64,000 nt of DNA, taken from Candidatus Latescibacterota bacterium (GTDB lineage: Bacteria; Latescibacterota; UBA2968; UBA8231). Positions 18,302 through 28,733 of the stretch are shown here, in pieces. Positions within the stretch are counted from its first letter, which is position 1; each line of letters opens with the position of its first letter. The stretch is from positions 2,304,001 through 2,368,000 of the forward strand of contig CBDCDC010000002.1 of the NCBI GenBank assembly GCA_965215195.1, in the 5' to 3' direction. A model generated the notes under the pieces. The model saw nothing but the letters and a program-made list of their open reading frames with translations. It made no database searches and was not told the DNA's origin. Made by a program: the position numbers and the translations under genes.

Positions 18302-18462
18302 TGCATCAACCTCCGTAAAGGGTGGAAAGTGCGGGCGTTTCCCGCAGAGGTTTTTAATATATTCTCAGTGCGAATTAAAACAAGCAAAGATTTGCCCCTT
18401 CCGCTTTGGCAGCCATGAGCGAATAGGTTAATTTTGCCTATTTTCCACCCGAAGGAGAGCTT

Positions 18463-19464
18463 ATGGCCCGCACGTACGATGTCTATGGAGTCGGCCACGC
18501 CCTAGTGGACATCCAATATCGAGTCGTCCCAGAATTCCTCGCCGAGCACCAGATCGCAAAAGGGGTTATGACCCTCGTCGATGAGGCGCGGCAGCGCAAC
18601 CTCGCCGCCGCGGTCAGCGGCGAGCCGGTCGCCTCGGCGTCGGGCGGCTCGGCGGCCAATACCCTCATCGGCGTCGCCCGCTTTGGCGGCCGCACCTATT
18701 ACGCCTGCCTGACCGGCCGCGACGCTTGGGGCGACTTTTACCAGCGCGATCTCCAAGCAGCCGGCGTCGCCACTCATCCGGCCAACCGCGGCGCCGGCAA
18801 AACCGGCCAGTGCTTGGTTTTTATTACTCCAGACGCCGACCGCACCTTCAACACCTTTTTGGGCATCAGCAGCGCCATCGGCCCGGCCCAGCTCCAAGAG
18901 GAGGTCATCGCCGACAGCCAGTACATTTATATAGAAGGCTACCTCTTAAGCTCGGACGATGGCTTTGCCGCTGCGTGCCGCGCACAGCAAATGGCTCAGC
19001 GCCGCGGCACGGCCGTCGCCCTGACCCTGAGCGATCCCTTTGCCGTCCGGGCCTTTTGGGCGCGCTTTGCCGCGCTCCTGCAGCGCGGCGTAGATCTGCT
19101 CTTCTGCAACGAGGAGGAGGCCCTCGCCAGCACGGGCACCAGCGACCGCGCGGCGGCCGGCGCAGCCCTCGCTTCCCAAGTCGGCACGGCCTACGTAACG
19201 TGCGGGGCCGACGGTGCCCTAGTGTACGCCGACGGCGTCCACTACCAAGTGCCTGGCGTCCCGGTGCAAGCTATCGACACCAACGGCGCCGGCGATCTCT
19301 TTGCCGGTGGCGTTCTCTACGGGCTGTCCCACAGGTACAGCCCCTTAGACGCAGCGCGCTTGGGCTGCTATGCGGCTGCACAAGTGGTAACCCGCTTCGG
19401 GCCGCGCCTAGAACAATCGCTCGCCGATCGCATCGATCGCATCCTATCCCACTTCTCAACCTAG
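18463..19464 (+). CDS. PfkB-family carbohydrate/adenosine kinase
   Basis: GGSAANT, DTNGAGDLFAGG. Confidence 0.92.
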   Translation: MARTYDVYGVGHALVDIQYRVVPEFLAEHQIAKGVMTLVDEARQRNLAAAVSGEPVASASGGSAANTLIGVARFGGRTYYACLTGRDAWGDFYQRDLQAAGVATHPANRGAGKTGQCLVFITPDADRTFNTFLGISSAIGPAQLQEEVIADSQYIYIEGYLLSSDDGFAAACRAQQMAQRRGTAVALTLSDPFAVRAFWARFAALLQRGVDLLFCNEEEALASTGTSDRAAAGAALASQVGTAYVTCGADGALVYADGVHYQVPGVPVQAIDTNGAGDLFAGGVLYGLSHRYSPLDAARLGCYAAAQVVTRFGPRLEQSLADRIDRILSHFST

Positions 19465-19477
19465 CTTGGAGGTCCGC

Positions 19478-20434
19478 GTGAAGATCCTAGTCCACTACCC
19501 ATTCACCGACGAACAGCACGACCACTTGCGCCAGATAGCGCACGAAAACGGGGGCCACGAAGTCTTTGTGGCCAACGACGATCAAGAGGCCATCGCCGTA
19601 GCCGGCGAGATCGACGTCATCGTCGGCAACTTCCCGCCCGCGGTCTGCGCGGCCGCCCCCAACCTGCGCTGGATCCAGTCCTTTAGCACCGGCATGGACA
19701 AGTTCCTCTTCCCCGCAATCATCGCCCGCGACGAAGTCGCCATTTCCAACGTGGCCGGGCTGTACGCCCCCCAAGGCGGCGAACACGCCTGGGCCTTGCT
19801 CCTCGCCCTGACCCGGGGCATTGATCAGTCGATTCGCCACAATGACCAGCGCAAATGGGCCGGCGGTACTACCGTTGAGCTAACCGGGCAGACCTTGGGC
19901 CTTGTGGGACTGGGGGGTTTTGGGATTGAAATGGCCAAGCGGGCCGCTGGGTACGACATGCCGATCATTGCCATTGACCCGGTGCGCCGCGACCTGCTGC
20001 CGGGCATTTCCGAACTCAAAGACAACACCCGCGAAAACCTGCACCTCCTCCTCGGCCGCGCCGATGTGGTGATGATGGCTTGTCCGCTCACCGAGGAAAC
20101 CTATCACCTCATCGGGCGCGAGGAACTGGCGCTGATGAAGAAGAGCGCCTATCTAATCAACGTGACGCGGGGCGGCATCATCGACGAGGACGCACTCTGC
20201 GAGGCACTGCACGACGGGCAGATTGCCGGGGCCGGTATCGACGTCACCGAAGTTGAGCCGCTGCCCCCAGCATCCCCGCTGTGGGACGCGCCCAACATCA
20301 TCCTCACCCCGCATCGGGCCGGTGCCTCCCAGCACCGACCGCGCAAAATCTACGAGTTCTTCTGCGCCCAATTAGAGCGCTACCTCAAGGGCGAGCCAGT
20401 GCTCAATATCATCGACAAGAAGAAGGGGTACTAG
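19478..20434 (+). CDS. D-2-hydroxyacid dehydrogenase
   Basis: GLGGFG, INVTRG, DVTEVEPLP, TPH. GTG start after GGAGG. Confidence 0.92.
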   Translation: MKILVHYPFTDEQHDHLRQIAHENGGHEVFVANDDQEAIAVAGEIDVIVGNFPPAVCAAAPNLRWIQSFSTGMDKFLFPAIIARDEVAISNVAGLYAPQGGEHAWALLLALTRGIDQSIRHNDQRKWAGGTTVELTGQTLGLVGLGGFGIEMAKRAAGYDMPIIAIDPVRRDLLPGISELKDNTRENLHLLLGRADVVMMACPLTEETYHLIGREELALMKKSAYLINVTRGGIIDEDALCEALHDGQIAGAGIDVTEVEPLPPASPLWDAPNIILTPHRAGASQHRPRKIYEFFCAQLERYLKGEPVLNIIDKKKGY

Positions 20435-20436
20435 GG

Positions 20437-20576
20437 CGTAAAAGCGATACGTTCGACCGCATACGGCTGATCTCGGCACGCAAAGCAACCACAATACCAT
20501 GAAACAGGAATGCGATTTTTCCAAGGCCGTGAGAGGAAAATTTTTCCGCGAGGGGGCAGAGCTACAGCTACCCATT
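20437..20576 (+). pseudogene. Remnant of a BrnT toxin 3' end and the 5' end of its antitoxin
   Basis: IRLISARKAT (BrnT C-terminal signature) ends in a TGA overlapping the ATG of MKQECDFSKAVRGKF (antitoxin-like N-terminus). Confidence 0.7.
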
Positions 20577-23500
20577 TGCTCTGATAGGGAGTTTGCCCAA
20601 GGCCAAGTCGTATGCTTGGCGTCCGACCCGTCCATCCGAGGGGCCGTCGTCGCAGTGTTGCCGGGAACGCCCGAAGACCGCATCAAGGTTTTTGTAGATG
20701 GCAGCACTCAGACCTATTACGCCTCTCAGTTGCGGGCCGACGATCAGAGCGATGGCGTCTCATCTCTTTCTGCCGATCAGTTTCACGCCTACTTAACTGC
20801 CCTACAAATACGCTATCCCGGCCTATCGACCTTGTATTCGCTCAACGCGGCGCGGGTTGACTTCATCCCCTACCAGTTTCGCCCGGTGCTGAAATTTATC
20901 CGCTCGGACCGCCCGCGTCTGCTGATCGCCGATGGCGTCGGCGTCGGCAAGACCATTGAGGCCGGGCTGATTCTACGAGAATTACAGGCGAGGCGGGAGA
21001 TCCAATCCGTTCTCATTATCTGCCCCCGCCCCCTAGTGACCGAGCGCAAGTGGGAAAAGGAAATGAGGCGGTTTGACCAGCGGTTCACCCATCTCGACGG
21101 ACGCACCCTGCGATACTGTATCAGCGAGATGGATTTAGAAGGCGAGTGGCCCGAGCGCCACCAGCAGGCAATTGTGCCCTATTCGCTGTTTGACGAGGCA
21201 CTTCTTTATGGCCGAAAGCGGACCAAGGGCCTGCTAGGCCTCGACCCACCGCCGCGCTTCGACCTCGTGATCGTCGATGAAGCCCACCACATCCGCAACC
21301 AGCACACCTACGCGCACAAGGCGGTGCGGTTTTTCTGCGACCACGCGGAAGCGGCGGTCTTTCTCACGGCCACCCCGATCCAACTCGGCGATCACGACCT
21401 GTTTGTGCTGCTCAACGTGCTGCGTCCTGATCTCGTTTTGGACGAGGAGAGCTTCCAGCATATCGCGGCCCCCAATCCGTTTATCAACGAGGCGGTCCAT
21501 CACGCGCGTACCCAAGTATCGGGTTGGACAGCGCAGGCAGCCCAAGCTCTCGACCAAGCCGCCGCAACTCCTTGGGGACAGACAATGCTCAGGGCCAATC
21601 CTGAGTTTAACCGGATCAAAGCTCAGCTTGCCGAAGATCGCGTCATCGCCGCCGACAGAGTCCAACTCATCACCGACCTAGAGGCATTGCACACCTTTGC
21701 GGGAATCATAAACCGGACGCGCCGGCGCGACATCGGCGCGTTCACCATTAGAAAAACAGAAACGGTCAATGTTCCATTCACTGCCCAACAGCAACAGCTT
21801 CACGACGAATTGCTCCGAGTCCAAGCGGACATATTTCGTCGCCTGCACGGCGACCTCAACGTCAAGTTCATGCTGACCACGATCCGACGCCAAGCAGCAA
21901 GTTGCCTGTATGGACTGGCCCCTTTTCTTGAGAATATCCTGAACCGGCACCTCGACGAATTGGAATGGGAGGAAGCCGACGATATGGGGCCGGAGCCATC
22001 AGACGAGGCCATCGGCTCAATCCAAACGCAAATTCAAACTATCCTTGAAAAAGTACGCGGTCTTGATCCCCGCGACCCAAAGCTAGAAGCCCTGCGCGAA
22101 ATCATCCGCGACAAGCAACGCCTACCCAATAACAAGGTGATGCTGTTCAGCAGCTTCCGGCACACTCTTTCATACCTATACGAACATCTCAAGGCAGACG
22201 GCGTCCGCGTCGGCATGGTTCACGGTGGAACGCCGGACGAAGACCGCGTTGCGCTCAGGAACCGCTTTGAGCAGCCGCGAGAGGACGACAATACACTCGA
22301 CGTTTTGCTGTTCTCGGAAATCGGTTGCGAAGGATTGGACTACCAATTCTGCGACTGCATGGTCAACTACGACTTGCCGTGGAATCCCATGCGCGTTGAG
22401 CAACGGATTGGCCGCATTGACCGCAATGGCCAGCAGAGCGAGACCGTCGCCATTGTCAACCTGATCACGCCGGGAACGGTTGATGCGGACATCTACGAAC
22501 GCTGTCTCGTGCGCATCGGGGTATTTGAGAGTGCTTTGGGCGGCAGCGAGGAAATTTTGGGAGACATCTCCAAGGAGATCAAAAACATCGCCGAGAACTA
22601 TGCTCTGAGCGAAGAGGATCGCCGGGGCAAGCTACGACAGTTGGCGGATAACAAAATCCGGTTGGTACAAGAACAGGAAAAGCTCGAACAGCAGCAGAGG
22701 GAGCTTTTTGGCATTCGCCTGCCAGAAGACCAGATGAAGAAGGAGGTTGAAGAAGCTGCCAGTTTCTGGTTGTCTCCGGCCTCTCTACAAAGGCTCGTCG
22801 CGCTTTATTTTAACGAGACATGCGGCGAGGGGCGGGAGTATATCCTCGGCGGAAAAGCCTTGAAAACGCTCCGCTTATCGCAGGAAGCGCGAACCACCCT
22901 GTTGCGCGATTTTCAGCAACTCCCGCGACGGAACGCGCCCGACTATCGGGCGTGGGAGAAATGGCTGAAAGGCGGCGATCCTCACTTATCCATAACCTTT
23001 GAGGCGGACTGTGCAACGGAACATCCCAATGCTGCGTTCATCATGCCGCTCCATCCTTTAGTGAAGCAGGCGGCCCGATCGCTGGAGACAGGGCAACGAA
23101 TCTTCACCGCGCTGAAGACGCAGAGCCGTGAGGCCCCCGTGGGCCGCTATGAATTTGCCGTGTATCAGTGGCGGTTCCACGGCATTCGGGAAGATTTGGT
23201 GCTCAAGCCGATAGCCTCGTCAGCGGCTGTGACGCCGCACTTAGGCCGTCTACTTGAGAACGCGGTGGATGCTTCGCCCGCTGAGCCGGTGGATAGCGGC
23301 TCTCCGGTGTGGGATGCCCTCGACGCGCAGCATTATACGGTGTGGGCACAAGCGAAGGAAGGGCATATACAACGGACGCGAGAGCTCGCCGAGTATCGCA
23401 AAGAAAGTCTGTCGAAAAGCCATCAAGCGCGGATGGCACTTCTCGAAGAACAACTCGCTCAGGCCAGCGACGAGAAACTGCAACGAATGCGGCGGTCGGA

Positions 23501-23618
23501 AAGCACGGCTGCCGAGGCCGACTACACTCGGCGGCTCCAAGACTTGGAGACTGCTATGGAGCGCGCGGATATTGTCGCCGAGCCGGTGGCGTATGGAGTT
23601 TTAAGCATAGGAAATTAG
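20499..23618 (+). CDS. SNF2/RapA-like superfamily 2 helicase
   Basis: LIADGVGVGKT, DEAHH, LTATP, EGLD, YDLPWNPMRVEQRIGRIDR, C-terminal coiled coil. Confidence 0.93.
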   Translation: MKQECDFSKAVRGKFFREGAELQLPICSDREFAQGQVVCLASDPSIRGAVVAVLPGTPEDRIKVFVDGSTQTYYASQLRADDQSDGVSSLSADQFHAYLTALQIRYPGLSTLYSLNAARVDFIPYQFRPVLKFIRSDRPRLLIADGVGVGKTIEAGLILRELQARREIQSVLIICPRPLVTERKWEKEMRRFDQRFTHLDGRTLRYCISEMDLEGEWPERHQQAIVPYSLFDEALLYGRKRTKGLLGLDPPPRFDLVIVDEAHHIRNQHTYAHKAVRFFCDHAEAAVFLTATPIQLGDHDLFVLLNVLRPDLVLDEESFQHIAAPNPFINEAVHHARTQVSGWTAQAAQALDQAAATPWGQTMLRANPEFNRIKAQLAEDRVIAADRVQLITDLEALHTFAGIINRTRRRDIGAFTIRKTETVNVPFTAQQQQLHDELLRVQADIFRRLHGDLNVKFMLTTIRRQAASCLYGLAPFLENILNRHLDELEWEEADDMGPEPSDEAIGSIQTQIQTILEKVRGLDPRDPKLEALREIIRDKQRLPNNKVMLFSSFRHTLSYLYEHLKADGVRVGMVHGGTPDEDRVALRNRFEQPREDDNTLDVLLFSEIGCEGLDYQFCDCMVNYDLPWNPMRVEQRIGRIDRNGQQSETVAIVNLITPGTVDADIYERCLVRIGVFESALGGSEEILGDISKEIKNIAENYALSEEDRRGKLRQLADNKIRLVQEQEKLEQQQRELFGIRLPEDQMKKEVEEAASFWLSPASLQRLVALYFNETCGEGREYILGGKALKTLRLSQEARTTLLRDFQQLPRRNAPDYRAWEKWLKGGDPHLSITFEADCATEHPNAAFIMPLHPLVKQAARSLETGQRIFTALKTQSREAPVGRYEFAVYQWRFHGIREDLVLKPIASSAAVTPHLGRLLENAVDASPAEPVDSGSPVWDALDAQHYTVWAQAKEGHIQRTRELAEYRKESLSKSHQARMALLEEQLAQASDEKLQRMRRSESTAAEADYTRRLQDLETAMERADIVAEPVAYGVLSIGN

Positions 23619-23636
23619 GGGTCAGAGGAGATTACT

Positions 23637-24120
23637 GTGAACAGCGAGCTAGCTGGTCATCCTGTCGTATATTTGGAGACGACGGTGGTAAGTTACCTTA
23701 CGGCCAAGCCAAGTCGCGATGTAGTCGTGGCAGGGCATCAGCAATCAACCCGAGAATGGTGGGAGGAGAGAAAACAGGACTTCAGAGTTGTTGCCTCGCA
23801 ACTTGTGCTCCAAGAGGCAGGCAGAGGCGATATGCAGGTAGCTCAGCGCAGACTGGACATTTTGCAGGAAGTGGAGTTGCTTGAGATCACCCCAAATGCG
23901 ACGACCTTAGCGCGTGCTTTGATAGGGAATGGAGTAGTTCCTGAGACTTCACTTGAGGATGCTTTACATGTTGCTATCGCCGTGGTCAACGGCTGTAAGT
24001 ATCTAGCGCCATTTAGCCGGCGCAGGCGTAAGGACGCGAATTGAGTCGTTCTGTCGAGATGAAGGATATGAGCCGGCGATTATCTGTACGCCGGAGGAAC
24101 TTTTGGAGGATGAAATATGA
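23637..24120 (+). pseudogene. PIN-domain (VapC-like) toxin, frameshifted
   Basis: VYLETTVVSYL...EDALHVAIA. After GCKYL the expected C-terminus (RHLA...IESFCRDEGYEPAIICTPEELL) is in another frame. Confidence 0.8.
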
Positions 24121-24341
24121 AGGACGATCCCATCGTCGCAGAAGTGCGGCGAATCAGGCATGAGCATGCAGCGCAATTCAAATACGACTTGGACCTGATC
24201 GCGAACGATCTCAAAGCGCAAGAAAAGGCAAGCGGCCGCTCATATATCATCTTGACACCGCGTCGTATAAAACCGAGAACGCATAGCGTATCAAAGCAAA
24301 AGCCTGTCAACGAGCCACCGGGCACGGATGGCACTGCTTGA
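24117..24341 (+). CDS. Small protein coupled to the PIN gene (putative antitoxin)
   Basis: MKDDPIVAEVRRIRHEHAAQFKYDL. ATGA overlap with the reconstructed PIN stop. Confidence 0.7.
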   Translation: MKDDPIVAEVRRIRHEHAAQFKYDLDLIANDLKAQEKASGRSYIILTPRRIKPRTHSVSKQKPVNEPPGTDGTA

Positions 24342-24609
24342 AGAGCTACTTGAATAGGCGGATAACGAAAAAACCTAAGTACACGACCCCTCCTGTGGGT
24401 ACGTTCGTGCTCGATGGTAGAACGCTGTTGAATGCGAAGGCGTTATTAATTTTATTGAATTATATAGCCGTAAACATTGATAACTTTGATAAACAGTAGC
24501 CCCTGTGGCGGGTAGGCTGCCCGCGTACCCGGCGGAAACCCAAAGGGAGTTTTAAGAACGCTTCAAAGGAAAGTTGTTGATTCTACTAGATTTTGTGTGA
24601 AATTATCAA

Positions 24610-24718
24610 TGATGATTACGAGCAGCACGTCCAAGAATTGGATACTGACATGGCAAAGGCGGATATTATCGCCGAGCCGGTGGCGTATGGCGTTATCGAA
24701 CTGTTGAAAGGAGATTAG
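24610..24718 (+). pseudogene. Orphan 3' end of a second SNF2 helicase allele
   Basis: Encodes DDYEQHVQELDTDMAKADIIAEPVAYGVI, matching the helicase end ADYTRRLQDLETAMERADIVAEPVAYGVL. 31/32 nt identity between 24659-24690 and 23565-23596. Confidence 0.85.
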
Positions 24719-24720
24719 CG

Positions 24721-27700
24721 GTGTCAAGTGATTACAAAGCAATAACAAAGCATAACGAGGACCAATTGGGAAAGGATACTGCGTCCCGAAAGACGCAGAT
24801 TTCTATGTACTCCGATTCCACTCATTTTATATATGAGATTCTACAGAATGCGGATGACTATGGAGCAAAGGAAGTACTCTTCAAGCTCTCGGAAAAGGAA
24901 CTTTGGATTGAACACGATGGAGAGCCGTTTACTGAGGAAAACGTCAAGGCAATCACTTACTTCGGCCAGAGCACAAGTCGAGAAGACCTTGTCAAGACAG
25001 GTCGTTTTGGCGTTGGCTTCAAGTCGGTCTTCGCTTTCACGGCAACGCCGATCATCATTTCGGGCTGTGAACACTTTCAGATATACGGTCTGTACCGCGT
25101 CAAGGAGCATCCCTATCCAGATGATTTTCCACGTTCTCGCACCCGGATCATTCTTTCTTTTAACCATGAATCCGAGAATCCGGATTATGTGGAAGACTTG
25201 ATATCGCAAGCAGATGCTTACGCAAAAATAGAAGAACGACTGACGAGTCTCAATAAAAACACACTACTGTTCACGCAAAACATTCGGAAGATTCGCTGGG
25301 AGACAAATGACGGCTCAGGACACTATTTACGCGAAGACGATATAAGAGCCTATACGAAAATTATGTCAAACGGTCGACAATTCGGACTTGATTGAGGGTC
25401 AATAAGTAAGGAAAGCGTAGGTTGCCAAGACCTTTTTATTAACAGGAAATCAATTTTCGTATAGGCTCTAAGCAACAATTCCCGAACGACCTCGATTACC
25501 GCCGGAGAACAGGTCAAGAAATACCTTGTGTTTTCACGAGAGCCAAGATGGAAAGACGAGGTGCATAAAACGGTAGATATAGCCTTTGGTATAGACGAGA
25601 AAGGAGAATTGGTACCAGTGCCAACAGAAGAGAGTTTTCTCTACGTCCTCTTTGCTACAAAACAGGAGACCCATCTCAGATTTATACTGAATGGCCCATA
25701 TCGAACAAATCCTGCGCGGGAGACCATCTCGGAATATGATTCTTTTAACAGACACCTTATAAAGGAGACCTGTGATTTGATGGAGGATACGCTACCACAA
25801 ATCCGAAAAAAGGGGCTTCTTACAACTAAATTTTTGGCTGTCCTTCCAAACGGAGGTGATAAGCTGAGGGTTTACAAGTCAATCATGGACAGGCTAGTTG
25901 ATCTATTCAATAACGAAAAGCTGACGCCGATGAAACGCGGTGGCCATGCTCCTGCGTCAGGAATCTACCGGGGAAGCAGACAGTTGTCCGAACTGATTGA
26001 TGACGAAGATTTGGCGACGATTCTTGGAAAAGATCCATCTCTACCCCTATGGGCTGCCAATGCTCCGCAACGAAACCAAGAGGCAGACAATTTTCTGTCT
26101 TTACTCAAAATCTCCGAATGGAAGGAAGAAGGCCTTGTAAGCGAGCTATCTAACCAGCCTGACTTGGTAATGAGATGGCTAAAGAAAAAATCGTACAAGT
26201 GGCATCAAGAATTCTATGCATTGCTTGGCGATTTCTGCACTTGCCCACGATACGCATCTGAATATAGCAAGCTTGAATATAGAGATCGCAAAGAGGTGCT
26301 ATCCAATCTTCCCATCGTCCGTATCAGCGATGGTACTACCTACAAGAAAGGGAAGGACTGCTACTTCCCAAGCGACGATGTGGAACACGATGAAAAATTT
26401 CCCCGTGTCGCCAAAGGCGTCTATTCGTCTGGAAAAAACAAGGATCAGAAGGAAAAAGCTCGCAAATTCCTTGAAAAGATTGGTGTTGATGACGTTGGAG
26501 AAGTCCATCAAGTTGAGGCGATTTTGAAGCAGCGGTACGTAAAAGGTACAATTAATCTCCGCAAGCAACATCACGAAAAAGACTTAAAAAGATTTATTAC
26601 ACTTATTGAGGATAAACCAAGCCAAGCAAACCTATTCAAGGATTACTTTATCTTTGAACTAGACAACGAGCACTGGGGAAGGCCATGCGACCATGTTTTT
26701 ATGGATCGTCCTTATCTCGATACCGGATTGAGAGCCTACTATGAAGCACTTGGCAAAAATTCAAATCGAAAACGAGCACTCTCTCCGAAATATGAAAAGT
26801 ATGGCATAGAGCCAGAAAAGATCGGAGAGTTCGCCAAAGTGGTGGGGGCTCAGATAAAACTGTCTGATGAGGTTGAAGAGCAAGAGATTCCATATCGTCA
26901 TCCCAAACGGGATTATCTATTTAGTGCCCCAGGCGAACGCATACGGAATGAGATCAATACCGACTATACAATTCCTGCATTTAAGGTTCTATTAGATAGC
27001 CCTAATCTCGATAAGGCGCGGCTCATTTGGCGAACGATGGATTCGCTGGATGACAAGTACTTGAAAGCAAAGTATCGGAAAAACGTAAGTGGAGGATTCC
27101 ATTGCGCAGCCTCTAGTCTCGTATACGAGTTAAGGAAGGCAGAATGGGTTCCTCAGAAGTATGGAGAGACTCTCAGTTTTGTACGCCCTTGTGATGCATC
27201 AAGCGATCATCTTCCAGAAGGTTTTCCGTATAAATCTTGGCAAGAGTGGATTTCCAATATTGAATTCGGCAAGAGAAGGAGAAATCGAGAAGAACGGGAA
27301 CGAATAACAAGGGAACAAGCCAATCGAGAATTTCGAGACAAAGAGGAGGCTGCTAAAAATATTGGATTTCCTTCCTATGAGCGCAGTCAAGTGTATGCAA
27401 AGATAGACCGGGAAAATCCCGAAATGCTAGATAAGTTTATTCAGCAACAGGAAACCAAAAGGCAAGAGAAAGCACCAAATAATTCAGACAGTAGAAAAAA
27501 GAAAATCCCTTTCCATAAGGCCCTATCCGAGGCTTTCGTAGCACCTAGCAAAGATGCCGTTGACAATGACACAGGCTATGGAGGTTCCGTTCAAAACCCC
27601 TCACGTCGCCGAGATAGAATCTCAGAAAGCCTCGCCGCCAATATAGAGGCTGAGGACAAGCAGGAAAACCGCTCGTATTTTACTACCGTTAAAAAATGGA

Positions 27701-28101
27701 AGGGTAAAAACGACCAAGTTCGGGTAAGTCTTACTGAATGGTACGGAGGTCAATGTCAGATTTGCGATAAGACCTTCACGCAAAGCAACGGCGAGCCGTA
27801 CTTTGAAGGGCTGTACCTTGTTTCCCACACGACTGCCGAATGGATGGATCGAGTTGGTAATGTCCTCTGCCTCTGCCCCTGGCATAGTGCGATGTTCCAG
27901 TTTGGCCCGAAAGAAGTCGATGAAGACATCATTCAGCAAATTTTACGCTTGAAAGTTCAGGCAGAAGGTGGCGATGGTCAACTCGCAATCAAGTTGCGAT
28001 TATGCGAGGAAGACGTAGAAATCAAATTTGCAGAACGCCACTTGATTGATCTACAAGAAATGATCAAGAAATCTCAGGAGTTAGAAAGTCCTGTTCCTTG
28101 A
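24721..28101 (+). pseudogene. Sacsin-like GHKL ATPase with C-terminal HNH-like nuclease, interrupted by a MITE
   Basis: HFIYEILQNADD and TGRFGVGFKSVF at the N-terminus, CQIC...GNVLCLCPWH at the C-terminus. Both ORFs are in the same frame and rejoin when 126 bp are removed. Confidence 0.85.
25346..25468. mobile_element. MITE family B (123 bp, IS5-like ends)
   Basis: Perfect 17-bp TIRs GAGCCTATACGAAAATT / AATTTTCGTATAGGCTC, with TAA duplicated at 25343-25345 and 25469-25471. Confidence 0.92.
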
Positions 28102-28349
28102 TCCGACACGATGGGCTCCTTATAAAGGCTACCAGAATAAAGCTTTGGCTTTTGCGGCGGGCGATTCAACTTCTCACAAGTTTGGAGATAATCATCAACC
28201 GCTTCTTCAAAAGCGGCCCGCAGTTCGGCGACGGATTCGCCGTGAAAACCAACAATATCATCAATACCTACAATATGCCCGATAAAGCAACCATCGTTGT
28301 TGCTATATTCGATTTGAGCGGCATATTCTTTATAAAGCATTGTGTTCAT
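28074..28349 (-). CDS. hicB: HicB antitoxin, C-terminally truncated
   Basis: YKEYAAQIEY...FHGESVAELRAAFEEAVDDYL...KP..YSG. Confidence 0.85.
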   Translation of the reverse strand: MNTMLYKEYAAQIEYSNNDGCFIGHIVGIDDIVGFHGESVAELRAAFEEAVDDYLQTCEKLNRPPQKPKLYSGSLYKEPIVSDQGTGLSNS

Positions 28350-28600
28350 GGTGTTATTCTTGCCTGTTGTAGAAAACGCCGGGCGTCACGTACTTGATAT
28401 GGCTTTGCCTCTTTCTGAGGATGAGGACGGTGAAAAGTGGCAACAACATTATTCAGTTCAAACCGCACCCGAGAACCTTTGCCTTCAATGGCTCTAGCAC
28501 CAAGTGCCGTAAAAAGTGCTTCTATGCGCCTCCATTCCAGTGTAGTAGGAACTGGCGATCGAAAAATATTGTCCAAAGTGCTCTGATGCTGTTTATTCAT
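28346..28600 (-). CDS. hicA: HicA toxin
   Basis: WRRIEALF...EGKGSRVRF...FHRPHP. Confidence 0.9.
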   Translation of the reverse strand: MNKQHQSTLDNIFRSPVPTTLEWRRIEALFTALGARAIEGKGSRVRFELNNVVATFHRPHPQKEAKPYQVRDARRFLQQARITP

Positions 28601-28733
28601 TGACTTTATGACAAAAAATGGCTCGGAGGCCTACGGGTCAAGCATTCAGGGTCTTTGGACATTCTCATTGTAATAAGCGATTTCCTGGCCCATAGTTATA
28701 TAAATAATTGACCATGCTATCCGCAACTCACGC

